Notes: generated from the sequence alone by a model not told the origin. Shown: positions 29,296 to 38,313, counted from the first letter of the stretch. The stretch: 64,000 nt of DNA from Clostridiales bacterium (GCA_019419895.1 JAHZIE010000002.1:27787-91786); one strand, 5' to 3'. Program-made: numbers and translations.

Positions 29296-29995
29296 TTTTG
29301 CTACCTCTCACATATCATAGATTGTCCTCTCAGCGGGCAGGCAAAAAAAAATAAACCCAGGGAGATACCCGTGAGGATACTTTTGTTACTCTATATTTTA
29401 CAACGGAATGGAAACTGATGCAAGTTTTTTCGTAGACAAGGCGCGGAGAAGATCCCATTTATTTTTTTATTCTGTTTGTTATCAATGACGAAAAAATGAG
29501 TTATAATTCTAATATAATATTATATATGGGGAATCAAGGGGTTTCCTACGGAAAATCTTTTGAAAATACACTTTTTTCATCCATGTTTTCCACTGGTATT
29601 TAATAATTTTTGCAATTATAAAAAATCATATAAATGAATAATTATTCCTCTGATTCCTGTTTGTTACAGATTTCAATTGCCATAGGGGGAATCCCGAGGA
29701 TAAATAAAACATTTTTTCGGCGGGGTCTGATAAAATCCGTTTTAATGAACATGTAAAATATATAGAAGCAAAGAAAACGGGACAAGGGAGGAAATGGTTT
29801 GGAATACCAATTCCGGAGGGTAAATCACCAGGTGGTGGCGTCTGATTGGAAGGGCGTATTCCAATTTTCCGCTATCACCTGGGAGAAAGCCGCGCGGGAG
29901 CTGGAGGAATTTTGGGAGTCGGAAAAAGCCGGTTGATTTTTTACCAGGACGGCGGTATGATAAAAATAAATTGGTAAAAAGTCAGGAGGATCACC

Positions 29996-30829
29996 ATGGA
30001 AAAGGGCAGAACCTTATATGTGACGGATCTGGACGGCACTCTTCTGACAGAGAAAAAGACTCTTTCGGAAGAGACCGCCGCCTGCCTGTCCTCCTGGCTG
30101 GAAAGCGGCCGCCTCAGCCTTTCCATCGCTACTGCGAGGAGCGCCCTGTCCATTGGAGAGATTCTCAGGGTTCTTCCGCTGAACCTCCCCCTGATCCTCA
30201 TGAATGGGGTTTTCCTTTACGACTGGAAGGAGAAAAGATATTTTTCGGCGGAATATCTCGGCGGCGCGAGGGCAGAGGAAATTTTAAAAATTCTTGGGAA
30301 TTTCGGGCTTTCCCCTTTAGTCTATTCCCTAAAGGAGAAGGAAGATCTGGAAATTTGGTACGAAACCCTTGATAATCCCTGGAAGGCTGTTTTTTATGAC
30401 CAGCGGAGGGAAAAGCAGGGGAGGCGTTTCAGAACGTCGGCGGGGTTTCAGAAGCTTCCGGCGCCCTTTGCCGTCTACATGACGCTGATGGATGACAGGG
30501 AAAGGCTCGCTCCCGCCTATGAGGCGGTCAAAGGGCTGGAAGGCGTTTCGTCTGTCTTTTATCCAGATAATTATACCCAGGGATGGTTTTTGGAGATTTA
30601 CAGCGGAAGGGCCAGCAAAGGAAGCGGGGTCAGGAAGCTCAAGGCGCTCTGTAAGGCGGAGCGTGTGGTGGTTTTTGGGGATAACTACAATGATATGGAT
30701 ATGTTTCAGGCGGCGGATGAGGGCTACGCCGTGGAGAACGCGGTGGAGGAGCTCAAGGCCGCGGCTACCGGCGTGATCGGCTCCAACCGGGAAGACGGCG
30801 TGGCAAAATGGCTGGCCGCCCATCTTTGA
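29996..30829 (+). CDS. Cof-type HAD-IIB family hydrolase (sugar phosphatase-like)
   Basis: LYVTDLDGTLL motif I and GDNYNDMDMF motif IV. RBS AGGAGGA. Confidence 0.85.
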   Translation: MEKGRTLYVTDLDGTLLTEKKTLSEETAACLSSWLESGRLSLSIATARSALSIGEILRVLPLNLPLILMNGVFLYDWKEKRYFSAEYLGGARAEEILKILGNFGLSPLVYSLKEKEDLEIWYETLDNPWKAVFYDQRREKQGRRFRTSAGFQKLPAPFAVYMTLMDDRERLAPAYEAVKGLEGVSSVFYPDNYTQGWFLEIYSGRASKGSGVRKLKALCKAERVVVFGDNYNDMDMFQAADEGYAVENAVEELKAAATGVIGSNREDGVAKWLAAHL

Positions 30830-30930
30830 AAAAGCCCTTTATTTCGGCTGATTTCACCGTTTGCCTGGATGGATTCCCTTCAGGGATTGCCCTATGAAAA
30901 AAGAAGTGAGACAGAGGGGGAAAACGGCAG

Positions 30931-31644
30931 ATGGAACAATCGCAAAAGTGGATCAATCACGCGAACCGGATCGTCTTTTTTGGAGGGGCCGGGGTTTCCA
31001 CCGAGAGCGGAATCCCGGACTTTAGGAGTGTGGACGGGCTGTACCGGCAGCAATACGACTATCCTCCCGAAGAGATTTTGAGCCATGAATTTTTTTATGC
31101 CCATACAGAGGAATTCTACAGGTTTTACCGGAACAAAATGCTTTATCCAGCCGCAAAGCCCAACCAGGCCCACCGTAAGCTCGCGGAATTGGAACAGGCC
31201 GGCAAGCTGATGGCCGTCGTGACGCAGAAGATTGACGGTCTTCACCAGAAGGCCGGCAGCCGGAAGGTTTATGAACTCCATGGCTCCGTCCACCGGAATT
31301 ACTGTGTTGGGTGCGGACGTTTCTATTCCCTGGCGGATATGGGGAAGGAGGGGATTCCCCGCTGTTCCTGCGGGGGAATCATAAAACCCGATGTTGTGCT
31401 CTATGGGGAGGCGCTCAGGGAGGAAACTATCCAGGGAGCGGTGGACAGCATCAGCGGGGCCGACCTTCTGATTGTGGGGGGAACCTCTTTGAATGTTTAC
31501 CCCGCGGCCGGTCTGCTCAGATATTTTCAAGGGGAGCATATTGTCCTGATCAACCGGGATCCGACTCCCTTTGACGCCCAGGCGGATCTCCTGATTCAAG
31601 AACCCATAGGGCGGGTCTTTGCCGGAATTCATGTCTCGTCCTGA
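30931..31644 (+). CDS. cobB: NAD-dependent protein deacylase, Sir2 family
   Basis: FFGGAGVSTESGIPDFRS, QKIDGLHQKAG and the zinc-ribbon cysteines CVGC...CSCGG. Confidence 0.9.
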   Translation: MEQSQKWINHANRIVFFGGAGVSTESGIPDFRSVDGLYRQQYDYPPEEILSHEFFYAHTEEFYRFYRNKMLYPAAKPNQAHRKLAELEQAGKLMAVVTQKIDGLHQKAGSRKVYELHGSVHRNYCVGCGRFYSLADMGKEGIPRCSCGGIIKPDVVLYGEALREETIQGAVDSISGADLLIVGGTSLNVYPAAGLLRYFQGEHIVLINRDPTPFDAQADLLIQEPIGRVFAGIHVSS

Positions 31645-31673
31645 AATACGATAAATCGCCTGTGAAAATTCGG

Positions 31674-31722
31674 GCCGTCCATTCTCCTGTGGTTTTGCCA
31701 TGGAACGGACGGCTTTTGTTTT
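31674..31722 (+). terminator. Rho-independent terminator of cobB
   Basis: GCCGTCCATTC / GAACGGACGGC (10 of 11 paired), followed by TTTTGTTTT. Confidence 0.7.
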
Positions 31723-32102
31723 ATTCTTTCCGAAAAAAACGGAAAAATACTGTGGTTCCTTGGCTTCCAGGCGGAGCTTCTAAAAAGCATGTTTTTCCTC
31801 AGGAGAAAAGGGAAGGAGGAGGCAAATGGAGAGTCCGGTTTGGGATTCCATGGGAAATGATAGGAAGAACAGGCGGATGCCGCTCTTGTGAAACCGCCAC
31901 AAGGGGAAAGAGCTCCCAGGGAAAACGCTTTCCATGTATGTTTCCGGAGGCATGGGATAACGAAACTCCGAAACCGGTTCGCCGTATGGCGGAACTGGCC
32001 CCTCCCCCTTTCTCTTCCGAAAAGAATGGATAGCCGGGGCTTGGGGGAAAAGAAAAGGCTTCCTCCCAAAGGAGAAAGCCTAAATAAAGTGAAGATAAAG
32101 CA

Positions 32103-33485
32103 TTACCAGGAGAACCGCTCCATAGTACCGCCCACGCCCAGCTTTTTGCAGAGACCATCGGAAGGGGTGGAATAGTCTCCATCCTCTTCACCGGCAAAGC
32201 AGGGATCGGCGATAAAACTGTGGGCGTCCTGTCCGCTTTCTCTCTGATATGCGGCAAACTGCCCCAAATTGTAGCTTTTTCCATTGATATGCCAATACAG
32301 CCCGTCAGAGGATTTATAGTAACAGTTATCGTCCATCTCCATCTGGGCGGCCGCCTCGGGGGCGATGATGGAATACAAGGCGGCGCCAAAGGGGGATTCA
32401 AAGAAGATATTCCGCCGGATGCTCAGGCTGCCGCCCGGGCTGGGCTGGTCGATTCGCCAAAGAAACAGGTGATGCCCCATGGGCTCCGGGTAGATCTCCG
32501 ACTGACGGGGAGGCTCCTCCCCCTGCATGGCGAAGCCGCCGCTGGCACGCGCGCAGATATTGTCGTCAAAGTGGGTTTCGACGGGAAGGCGATCCCGGCA
32601 TTCGTAGGCGGCCATGCCGTATTTTACGAAAAGATTGTCGCGGAAGGAAACCCTTCTGGCGGGCAGGCAGTTGTCCCCACCCTGGTGGGTGACGCAGGAA
32701 TCATAGATCTCGTAAAAAGAGCAGGCGGTGACCTGGATATCATCGGCGCTGTCCCAAAATTCGATACCATTTCCAAACCGGATCCGGAGGTTCCGGTTCC
32801 AAACAGCTCCGCCGATATTATGAAAGCCGCACCGCCGGATAGTCAGATTGTAAGGGCGAATAGCCTGAAACCCATGGACGCCCCCGTTTTTAAAGCAGAG
32901 ATCCTGGAGAATAATGTCGTGCTGTCCATAGGCCATACGGCGCTCCATCCCATTAACGCTCCACAGGGCGCATTCGATTTGATGGTAGAAGGCGCCGGGA
33001 TTTTTTTCCGAATAGAGATACAGTTTTTCCGGCGCCGTGATTTCCTCCGGTTTGACGGAATTCCCGGCAATTCCCAAATGGGTAAAATACCACTCCCCCT
33101 GATGGCGGAGATCGGACAGCTCCCACCGGAGATTTCCGAAAGAGGCCCCGTCGTCAAAAATCAGGTTGCACGCCTCGCTGGGCAGAACCCCGGCGTAGGA
33201 CCAGAGGTTTCCTCCTTCATGCTTCCATGCGCTCTCGCCCGACAAATCGGCGGAACCCAAAAAGGTGGGGGCGTCCCCCTCTCCATATGCGCCGTAGGTG
33301 ATGGGATTGCCGTCGTCCCCGTCAGTGAGAAGGAGAGAATCACGGGTGACGGTCCCCCGCTTAAAGAGGAGGGTGTCCCCCGGCAGGAGGGAAACGGCGC
33401 GGTAATCCTTTTTGGGCGCCTCTGGGGACAGCCCACTGTTGGAATCCTTTCCCAGAGAAGGATCCACATAATAACACTGGCTCAT
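32103..33485 (-). CDS. Right-handed parallel beta-helix repeat protein (pectate-lyase-fold, function unknown)
   Basis: 460-aa ORF with no signal peptide. It has an N-terminal YYVDPSLGKDSNSGLSPEAP segment and repeated G/N-rich beta-helix-like segments. The fold call is from motif memory. Confidence 0.55.
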   Translation of the reverse strand: MSQCYYVDPSLGKDSNSGLSPEAPKKDYRAVSLLPGDTLLFKRGTVTRDSLLLTDGDDGNPITYGAYGEGDAPTFLGSADLSGESAWKHEGGNLWSYAGVLPSEACNLIFDDGASFGNLRWELSDLRHQGEWYFTHLGIAGNSVKPEEITAPEKLYLYSEKNPGAFYHQIECALWSVNGMERRMAYGQHDIILQDLCFKNGGVHGFQAIRPYNLTIRRCGFHNIGGAVWNRNLRIRFGNGIEFWDSADDIQVTACSFYEIYDSCVTHQGGDNCLPARRVSFRDNLFVKYGMAAYECRDRLPVETHFDDNICARASGGFAMQGEEPPRQSEIYPEPMGHHLFLWRIDQPSPGGSLSIRRNIFFESPFGAALYSIIAPEAAAQMEMDDNCYYKSSDGLYWHINGKSYNLGQFAAYQRESGQDAHSFIADPCFAGEEDGDYSTPSDGLCKKLGVGGTMERFSW

Positions 33486-33519
33486 AATAACTTCCTCGCT
33501 TTCACGTTCATTGGGAGAT

Positions 33520-34278
33520 CTATTGAATAGCTTCTTCGGCTTTTTGGACTGTCCGGCAGAGATCCTTGATCACCTCTCCGGCGAGGATCAGACCGGCAAC
33601 GGAGGGAACAAAAGAAACGCTCCCCGGGGCGGGACGCCCGGCGGTCCCCTTTTTTTCCATTTCACCAAGGGCGGGAGGAATCGGGGCAAGGGGCTCTTCC
33701 TTGGAATACACCACCTTGAGGGAGGGGATTCCCCTGGCTTTGAGCTCCCGTCTCATGACCCGCGCGAGAGGGCAGACGGAGGTATGAAAGATATCGTCCA
33801 CCTCAAAGCGGGTGGGATCCAGTTTGTTTCCGGCGCCCATGCAGCTGATGACAGGCGTGCCGGCCTTGTAAGCTTCCTCGATGAGCAGGAGCTTTGACGA
33901 AACGGTGTCAATGGCGTCCACAATATAATCAAAAGAGGAAAGAGGGAGAAGATGGGAAGTCTCCGGCTGGTAAAAAAACGGATGGACCTCCACCTCCGCC
34001 TGAGGATTGATTTCCAGGGCGCGCTCCTTCATGACCTCCACCTTTTTCCTTCCGATTGTTTTAGTGGTGGCAATCAGCTGGCGGTTGATGTTGGAGGGGG
34101 AAACGTCGTCGCTGTCGCAGAAGGACAGAAAGCCGATTCCACCGCGAACCAGGGCTTCCGCCGCGTAGGAGCCCACGCCGCCGATCCCAAAAACCGCCAC
34201 TCTCGCGGAGGACAGGCGCGCCATGGCGTTATGCCCCAAAAGCAGTTCAGAGCGGGAGAAGATTTCCATAACAGGCAC
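33520..34278 (-). CDS. tcdA: tRNA threonylcarbamoyladenosine dehydratase (ThiF/MoeB family)
   Basis: RVAVFGIGGVGSYAAEALVRGGIG Rossmann motif and DAIDTVSSK segment, in a 252-aa ORF. Confidence 0.82.
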   Translation of the reverse strand: MPVMEIFSRSELLLGHNAMARLSSARVAVFGIGGVGSYAAEALVRGGIGFLSFCDSDDVSPSNINRQLIATTKTIGRKKVEVMKERALEINPQAEVEVHPFFYQPETSHLLPLSSFDYIVDAIDTVSSKLLLIEEAYKAGTPVISCMGAGNKLDPTRFEVDDIFHTSVCPLARVMRRELKARGIPSLKVVYSKEEPLAPIPPALGEMEKKGTAGRPAPGSVSFVPSVAGLILAGEVIKDLCRTVQKAEEAIQ

Positions 34279-34432
34279 CTTTCAATAATAATGTTTAAAT
34301 TTTTCCAAGCCGGTTGTGCCTCATAAAAGGGAAGGAACAACTTCTCCTTGTGGGAGAGGAACACAGAAGGCAGGCATATTTTTTCAAAAAATCAGGCGAA
34401 AAAACAAGACGCGGCCCGGCGCTCTTTTTTCT

Positions 34433-34919
34433 TTATTTTTGATGAAAGATATAAACTCCAGCGCAGCCAAGCTCCACGGCCGGAAGAAACCCGGCGGACC
34501 GATAAAAACGGAGTGTCTGTGGAGTGGGATCAGTTGTCAGGGTGATTTGATAAGCGTGGCGGTATCGGTGGAGAGGTTCCCTGATGAGCCGGGTTCCGAT
34601 TCCGCGATTCCAGTATTCCGGCAGGACAAGGAGATCCTGGACAGAAACAATAGCCCCCTCCCCACGGCCCGTAGAATCCCCACAAGCCGCTGTCCATCCC
34701 GGGCGGCTAAAATCGAAGGGAATTGGAAAAAGCGGATTTAAGCAGCTCAGGGCGGCTGGTGTAATTCTCCCACCCAGCGGAACGATAAAGTGCCATAATT
34801 TCTTCTTCACAGTAAGAAAGATATTCCTGGATTGCGATCTGTTCCATCTCATTCCTTCTGAGAGACAGTGAGGTCTTAGCTGGGAATACCGCTCTTTGTT
34901 TTTCCTTGTACTCAGCCAT
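34433..34919 (-). pseudogene. GNAT family N-acetyltransferase interrupted by two frameshifts
   Basis: The N-terminus MEQIAIQEYLSYCEEEIMALYRSAGWENYTSRPELLKSAFSNS is in the frame of ORF 34707..34919. The middle SILAARDGQRLVGILRAVG is in a second frame. The C-terminus GEGAIVSVQDLLVLPEYWNRGIGTRLI...FYRSAGF is in the frame of ORF 34433..34924. Restoring one nt at each junction gives 138 aa. Confidence 0.72.
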
Positions 34920-34937
34920 GGCAATAAAAAGAAGCTG

Positions 34938-36002
34938 TCATTTGGATAGAAATTGAGAGACAGCGGAAAGCAGGGCGTCCATTTCCTCGTCGGTGCCGAT
35001 GCTGATCCTCAGATACTGATCGATACCGGGCTGCTTGAAGTAACGGACCAGAATACCCTGCTCCTTGAGGTAGGAAAAAAGGGAAGCCGCGTCTGTGCCG
35101 GGCCTTGTGGCGAAGATGAAGTTGGCTTTTGAATCCAGCACCTGAAAGCCCATTTCCTTCAGTTTGGGGACGATCCGTTCCCGGGTGTTCATCATTTTCC
35201 GGACGGTTTGGCGGAAATATTCCTCATCTCTCAGAGAAGCCTCGGCGCAGGCGATGGCCAGGCGGTCGAGGGTGTAGGAATTAAAGGAGTTTTTGACCCG
35301 ATCCAATCCGGCGATGAGATCCTTGTGCCCGGCGGCAAAGCCCACGCGGAGCCCCGCGAGCCCCCTGGATTTGGAGAGGGTCTGCACCACAAGAAGGTTG
35401 TCATATTCATGAATAAGCCCCAGCATGGATTCCCCGCCAAAATCCACATAGGCCTCGTCGATGATCACCACCTGATCTGGATGGGTTTCCAGAATCCGGA
35501 TGATGTCTTCCTTTCCCAGAAAGAGGGTGGTGGGGGCGTTGGGATTGGCGAGAACAACGCCGCCGCAGGGACGGAGAAATTCCTCCACGGGGATGGAGAA
35601 ATCCTCCTTCATGGGAACCTGACGGAAGGCGATGCCGTAGAGCTCACAGTAAACAGGATAAAAGCTGTAGGATATCTGGGGGAACAGGATAGGGCTGTCC
35701 CCGCCGAAAAAGGTTTGGAAGGCGATGGCGAGCACCTCGTCGGAGCCATTTCCGGCAAAGACTTGTTCCACCGAGAGGCCGTTTCTGTCGGCAAAGGCCT
35801 TTCTCGCCCCATAGCCGTCGGCGTTGGGGTAAAGGCGCAGGGTGACCGGATCGAAGTTTTTCAGGACCTCGGCAACGGCGGGAGAAGGGGGATAGGGACA
35901 TTCGTTTGTGTTGAGCTTAATCAGCTTTTGACCGTCTTTTGGCTGCTCGCCGGGAACATAGGGATTCAGCTCCCTTGTTTTCTGGTTCCAGAATTTACTC
36001 AT
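34938..36002 (-). CDS. hisC: Histidinol-phosphate aminotransferase
   Basis: LNTNECPYPPSP, the FPQISYSFYPVY region and the pyridoxal-lysine context TLSKSRGLAGLRVG. The start is 36002 or 36029. Confidence 0.88.
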   Translation of the reverse strand: MSKFWNQKTRELNPYVPGEQPKDGQKLIKLNTNECPYPPSPAVAEVLKNFDPVTLRLYPNADGYGARKAFADRNGLSVEQVFAGNGSDEVLAIAFQTFFGGDSPILFPQISYSFYPVYCELYGIAFRQVPMKEDFSIPVEEFLRPCGGVVLANPNAPTTLFLGKEDIIRILETHPDQVVIIDEAYVDFGGESMLGLIHEYDNLLVVQTLSKSRGLAGLRVGFAAGHKDLIAGLDRVKNSFNSYTLDRLAIACAEASLRDEEYFRQTVRKMMNTRERIVPKLKEMGFQVLDSKANFIFATRPGTDAASLFSYLKEQGILVRYFKQPGIDQYLRISIGTDEEMDALLSAVSQFLSK

Positions 36003-36038
36003 ATGGCTTCTTACCTTTCTATATTTCATTTCTACAGC

Positions 36039-36900
36039 CTATACAGCCCGCCGCGCGTCTTCGGCGGTGAGAATTTTATTCTGACGGCAGTAATGAAAAA
36101 GATACTGCTGGGCAATTCCCGCATAGGGAGAGAAGAACTCCGGGGTACGGCCGGGAAACAAAAGGGCCATGGCTCTTTTCATCCATACGTCCATAGGAAA
36201 AGCGTCCATCCGCCCCATGCCGTAGAGGAGGGCGCATTCCGCCACCTTTGGCCCCACCCCAAGAATTGTCATAAGGGAAGCGCGGGCCTCCTCAATAGGG
36301 GCGCGGACCAGCTCCTCCAAATGGATTTTCCCCGAGGCCACTTTATCGGCGGCGTCCAGCAGATACTTGGCACGGAAACCGCACCGCAGGGGAGCCAAAT
36401 CCTCAACGGTCAGCCCGGCGACAACATCGGGAGGGGGAAAGGAGGCGAGCCCGCCGCCGGCAGATTGGCCGAAGCAGTGACAGAACCGTTCGATAATCCC
36501 TTTGATTCTGGGGATATTATTATTCTGGGAGATGATAAAGGAACACAGGGCCTCCCAGGGCTCCTGGCGGAGGATGCGGATGCCGGGCGCGTTGCGGCAG
36601 GCGGCCGCGAGCTGTGGATCCCGCAGGGAAAGCTCCCGGCGGATAAGGGCATAATCCCGCCCCAAATCAAAATAAGGGAACCAGACAGACAAAAATTCCT
36701 TTTCATCCATCCCCTCGAACAGGAGGCTTCCGTCTGGGTGCTGGATAATTTTCAAATAGCGTCCGAAGGCCACGCCGTGGAAGGAGGAGGCCTCCCCCCG
36801 TCTCCCAGCGGAAGCATTGGCCGCACGTAAAAGTATCCTCCAGGGAAAGGCCGTCCGCATCTTCCAGCAATATTCCTCTGGGGGTTTGAGTCAGTTTCAT
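36039..36900 (-). pseudogene. ogg: 8-oxoguanine DNA glycosylase (OGG1-type, HhH-GPD) interrupted by a frameshift in a G6 tract
   Basis: MKLTQTPRGILLEDADGLSLEDTFTCGQCFRWETGG (ATG 36900, AAGGAG 8 nt upstream) is in one frame. EASSFHGVAFGRYL...ISQNNNIPRIKGIIERF...GVGPKVAECALLYG is in the next frame. They meet at the C6 run 36794-36799 (plus strand). Removing one nt gives an intact 286-aa ORF. Confidence 0.75.
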
Positions 36901-37358
36901 AAAAAATCTCCTTAAATTAGCAGCCGCCTGAAGAATAGGGCGGAAGACGCCATGTGCCGGACGCGATTTCAAGAGAAATTCTTTTCACTCTCAAAAACAC
37001 AGGACTTTTAAGGCTATTATATCACAAATTGTCGGGATGTGAAACTAGAAGGCGCTCCCTTTTTGCTAATAGTGGAAGAGAGGGGAAATCAACAGATTAA
37101 ACCATTTTTTCCACCATATTTCCCTTCTCTGAGGACGAAATCCGGGGGATACAAGGTATGCATTAATTGGTAATAAAAGGAAATTTAACCGTAAAGAAGA
37201 TGTATAATTTTTAAACTTTTCTCTGAAATACAATATTTTGTGATAAAAATAGAGACTTATCCAGAATATAGTGCTGTCTGAAAAGGTATGGAAAAATGGG
37301 ATATGGCGGCTGTTTAAAGATTATACAAGCTGTATTTTCAAAAACTTTACATAATCGT

Positions 37359-37482
37359 TGTGGAAAACTATGTGGAAAGTGTGGAGAAACCAGGTGGAAA
37401 GATGGAAAACCATCTGGACAAGCCGCAGATTTTCCGACAAAAGGGGATTGTGGAGAACGGAGAGATGTTTATTTGTGGAAAA
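37359..37482 (+). promoter_or_regulatory. Cluster of five same-orientation relaxed DnaA-box-like 9-mers
   Basis: TGTGGAAAA 37359-37367, TGTGGAAAG 37371-37379, TGTGGAGAA 37380-37388, TGTGGAGAA 37449-37457 and TGTGGAAAA 37474-37482. Weaker GGTGGAAAG and GATGGAAAA lie between them. TGTGGAAAA is the reverse complement of TTTTCCACA, which fits TTWTNCACA. Confidence 0.4.
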
Positions 37483-37593
37483 CAGATTATGTCAACTTGC
37501 CTACTACTCCCGGTAAATGGAAAAAATATCCTGAAATAAAGGAAAAATACAGGAATTGCATATACATTTTCTGTATATACAAAACATAAAAAA

Positions 37594-38313
37594 TTATTCC
37601 CCTTTTTTCTTTTCACACTTTTCCGTCGCGGCGGCCGGAGGATAAGAGGTCAAAAACCATACGGCCCGCTCAATGGAGTCCCTGGAGCTCCCCCAGTCCC
37701 CACCGGCGTTTCGGTAATCATACATAGAACAGTATTTGCTGATATCCCCGGTGACCTCGTCGAGATATTTTTTTGCCAGCTGGGCGGTAACTTTTGAAAA
37801 ATCGCCATATTTTTTCTTATGGATCTGCTTCTGCCCCTCCTGAAGCAGCACAGCGGCGTGGGGAAGGCAGAGGCAGGGCTGTTCCCCATACAGTTTGGCA
37901 AAATCAGGTTCCCCCTGCCACAGGCGGAAGATGGTGGCGAGCATCCGCTCCATCCCCCATTGAACCTTGTCGCAGACAAAACAGCTCGCTTCTTGTTTGA
38001 GCAGCTCAAGGGGCTGCCCTTTGGACGCTCCCCTTTCGGCAATGGCGTCGAATTCCTTTTGAAGCTCTTTGAGATGGCTTTCCAGGGTCAGGGCTACCGA
38101 AAGGCGGTTGCGCTGGGCGAGCATCATCTGAAAATGATGGCGGCAGAAGCCCAGCCGGTTGGTTTCCATCCGAACGTCGGGCTCCATCATGGCCGCGCCG
38201 GTAATATATTCCACCATCCGCCGCTCCAGCTGGTTGCGCATACGGCAGATAGGACAGCCGTCCTTAGGTTCAAAAACCTCGCTGATGGGTATGGTGCAGA
38301 TATCCTCTCTCAT
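37594..38313 (-). CDS. Cysteine-rich hypothetical protein (two CxxC pairs; possibly the family I recall as DUF6062)
   Basis: 239-aa ORF with CPICR...FCRHH and CFVCD...CLCLPH motifs. AAAGGA lies 8 nt before ATG 38313. The function is unknown. Confidence 0.6.
   Translation of the reverse strand: MREDICTIPISEVFEPKDGCPICRMRNQLERRMVEYITGAAMMEPDVRMETNRLGFCRHHFQMMLAQRNRLSVALTLESHLKELQKEFDAIAERGASKGQPLELLKQEASCFVCDKVQWGMERMLATIFRLWQGEPDFAKLYGEQPCLCLPHAAVLLQEGQKQIHKKKYGDFSKVTAQLAKKYLDEVTGDISKYCSMYDYRNAGGDWGSSRDSIERAVWFLTSYPPAAATEKCEKKKGE

Noticed and set aside
29355-29380. AACCCAGGGAGATACCCGTGAGGATA resembles the PyrR-binding loop (…UCCAGAGAGGCU…GAAGGAUA) found in pyrimidine operon leaders
   Set aside because: The motif is on the plus strand, so it is antisense to the carB leader, and no plus-strand gene follows for 600 bp. 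On the correct (minus) strand the sequence does not match.
26029-29418. Long ORFs on the plus strand opposite carB (26029..27360, 443 aa; 27568..29418, 616 aa). Similar long antisense ORFs occur at 35208..36830, 32220..33530, 39009..40319, 52314..54044 and 58316..59467.
   Set aside because: Each lies entirely antisense to a gene with unmistakable family motifs. Their translations are low-complexity (G/A/R/P-rich) with no recognisable domain. They are shadow ORFs caused by codon bias.
37358-37368. The 11-mer TTGTGGAAAAC shared by both DnaA-box-like clusters (37358, 37473, 57568), considered as evidence of a common repeat family
   Set aside because: The same 11-mer also occurs inside coding sequence at 366-376 and 44473-44483, where it encodes (F/L)-V-E-N. 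It therefore reflects common codons and purine-rich word usage rather than a shared element.
37296-37589. 97-aa ORF covering the repeat cluster
   Set aside because: It has no RBS. Its Cys/Gly/Lys-rich sequence is generated by the TGTGGAAA repeats themselves, and the region is otherwise AT-rich spacer.
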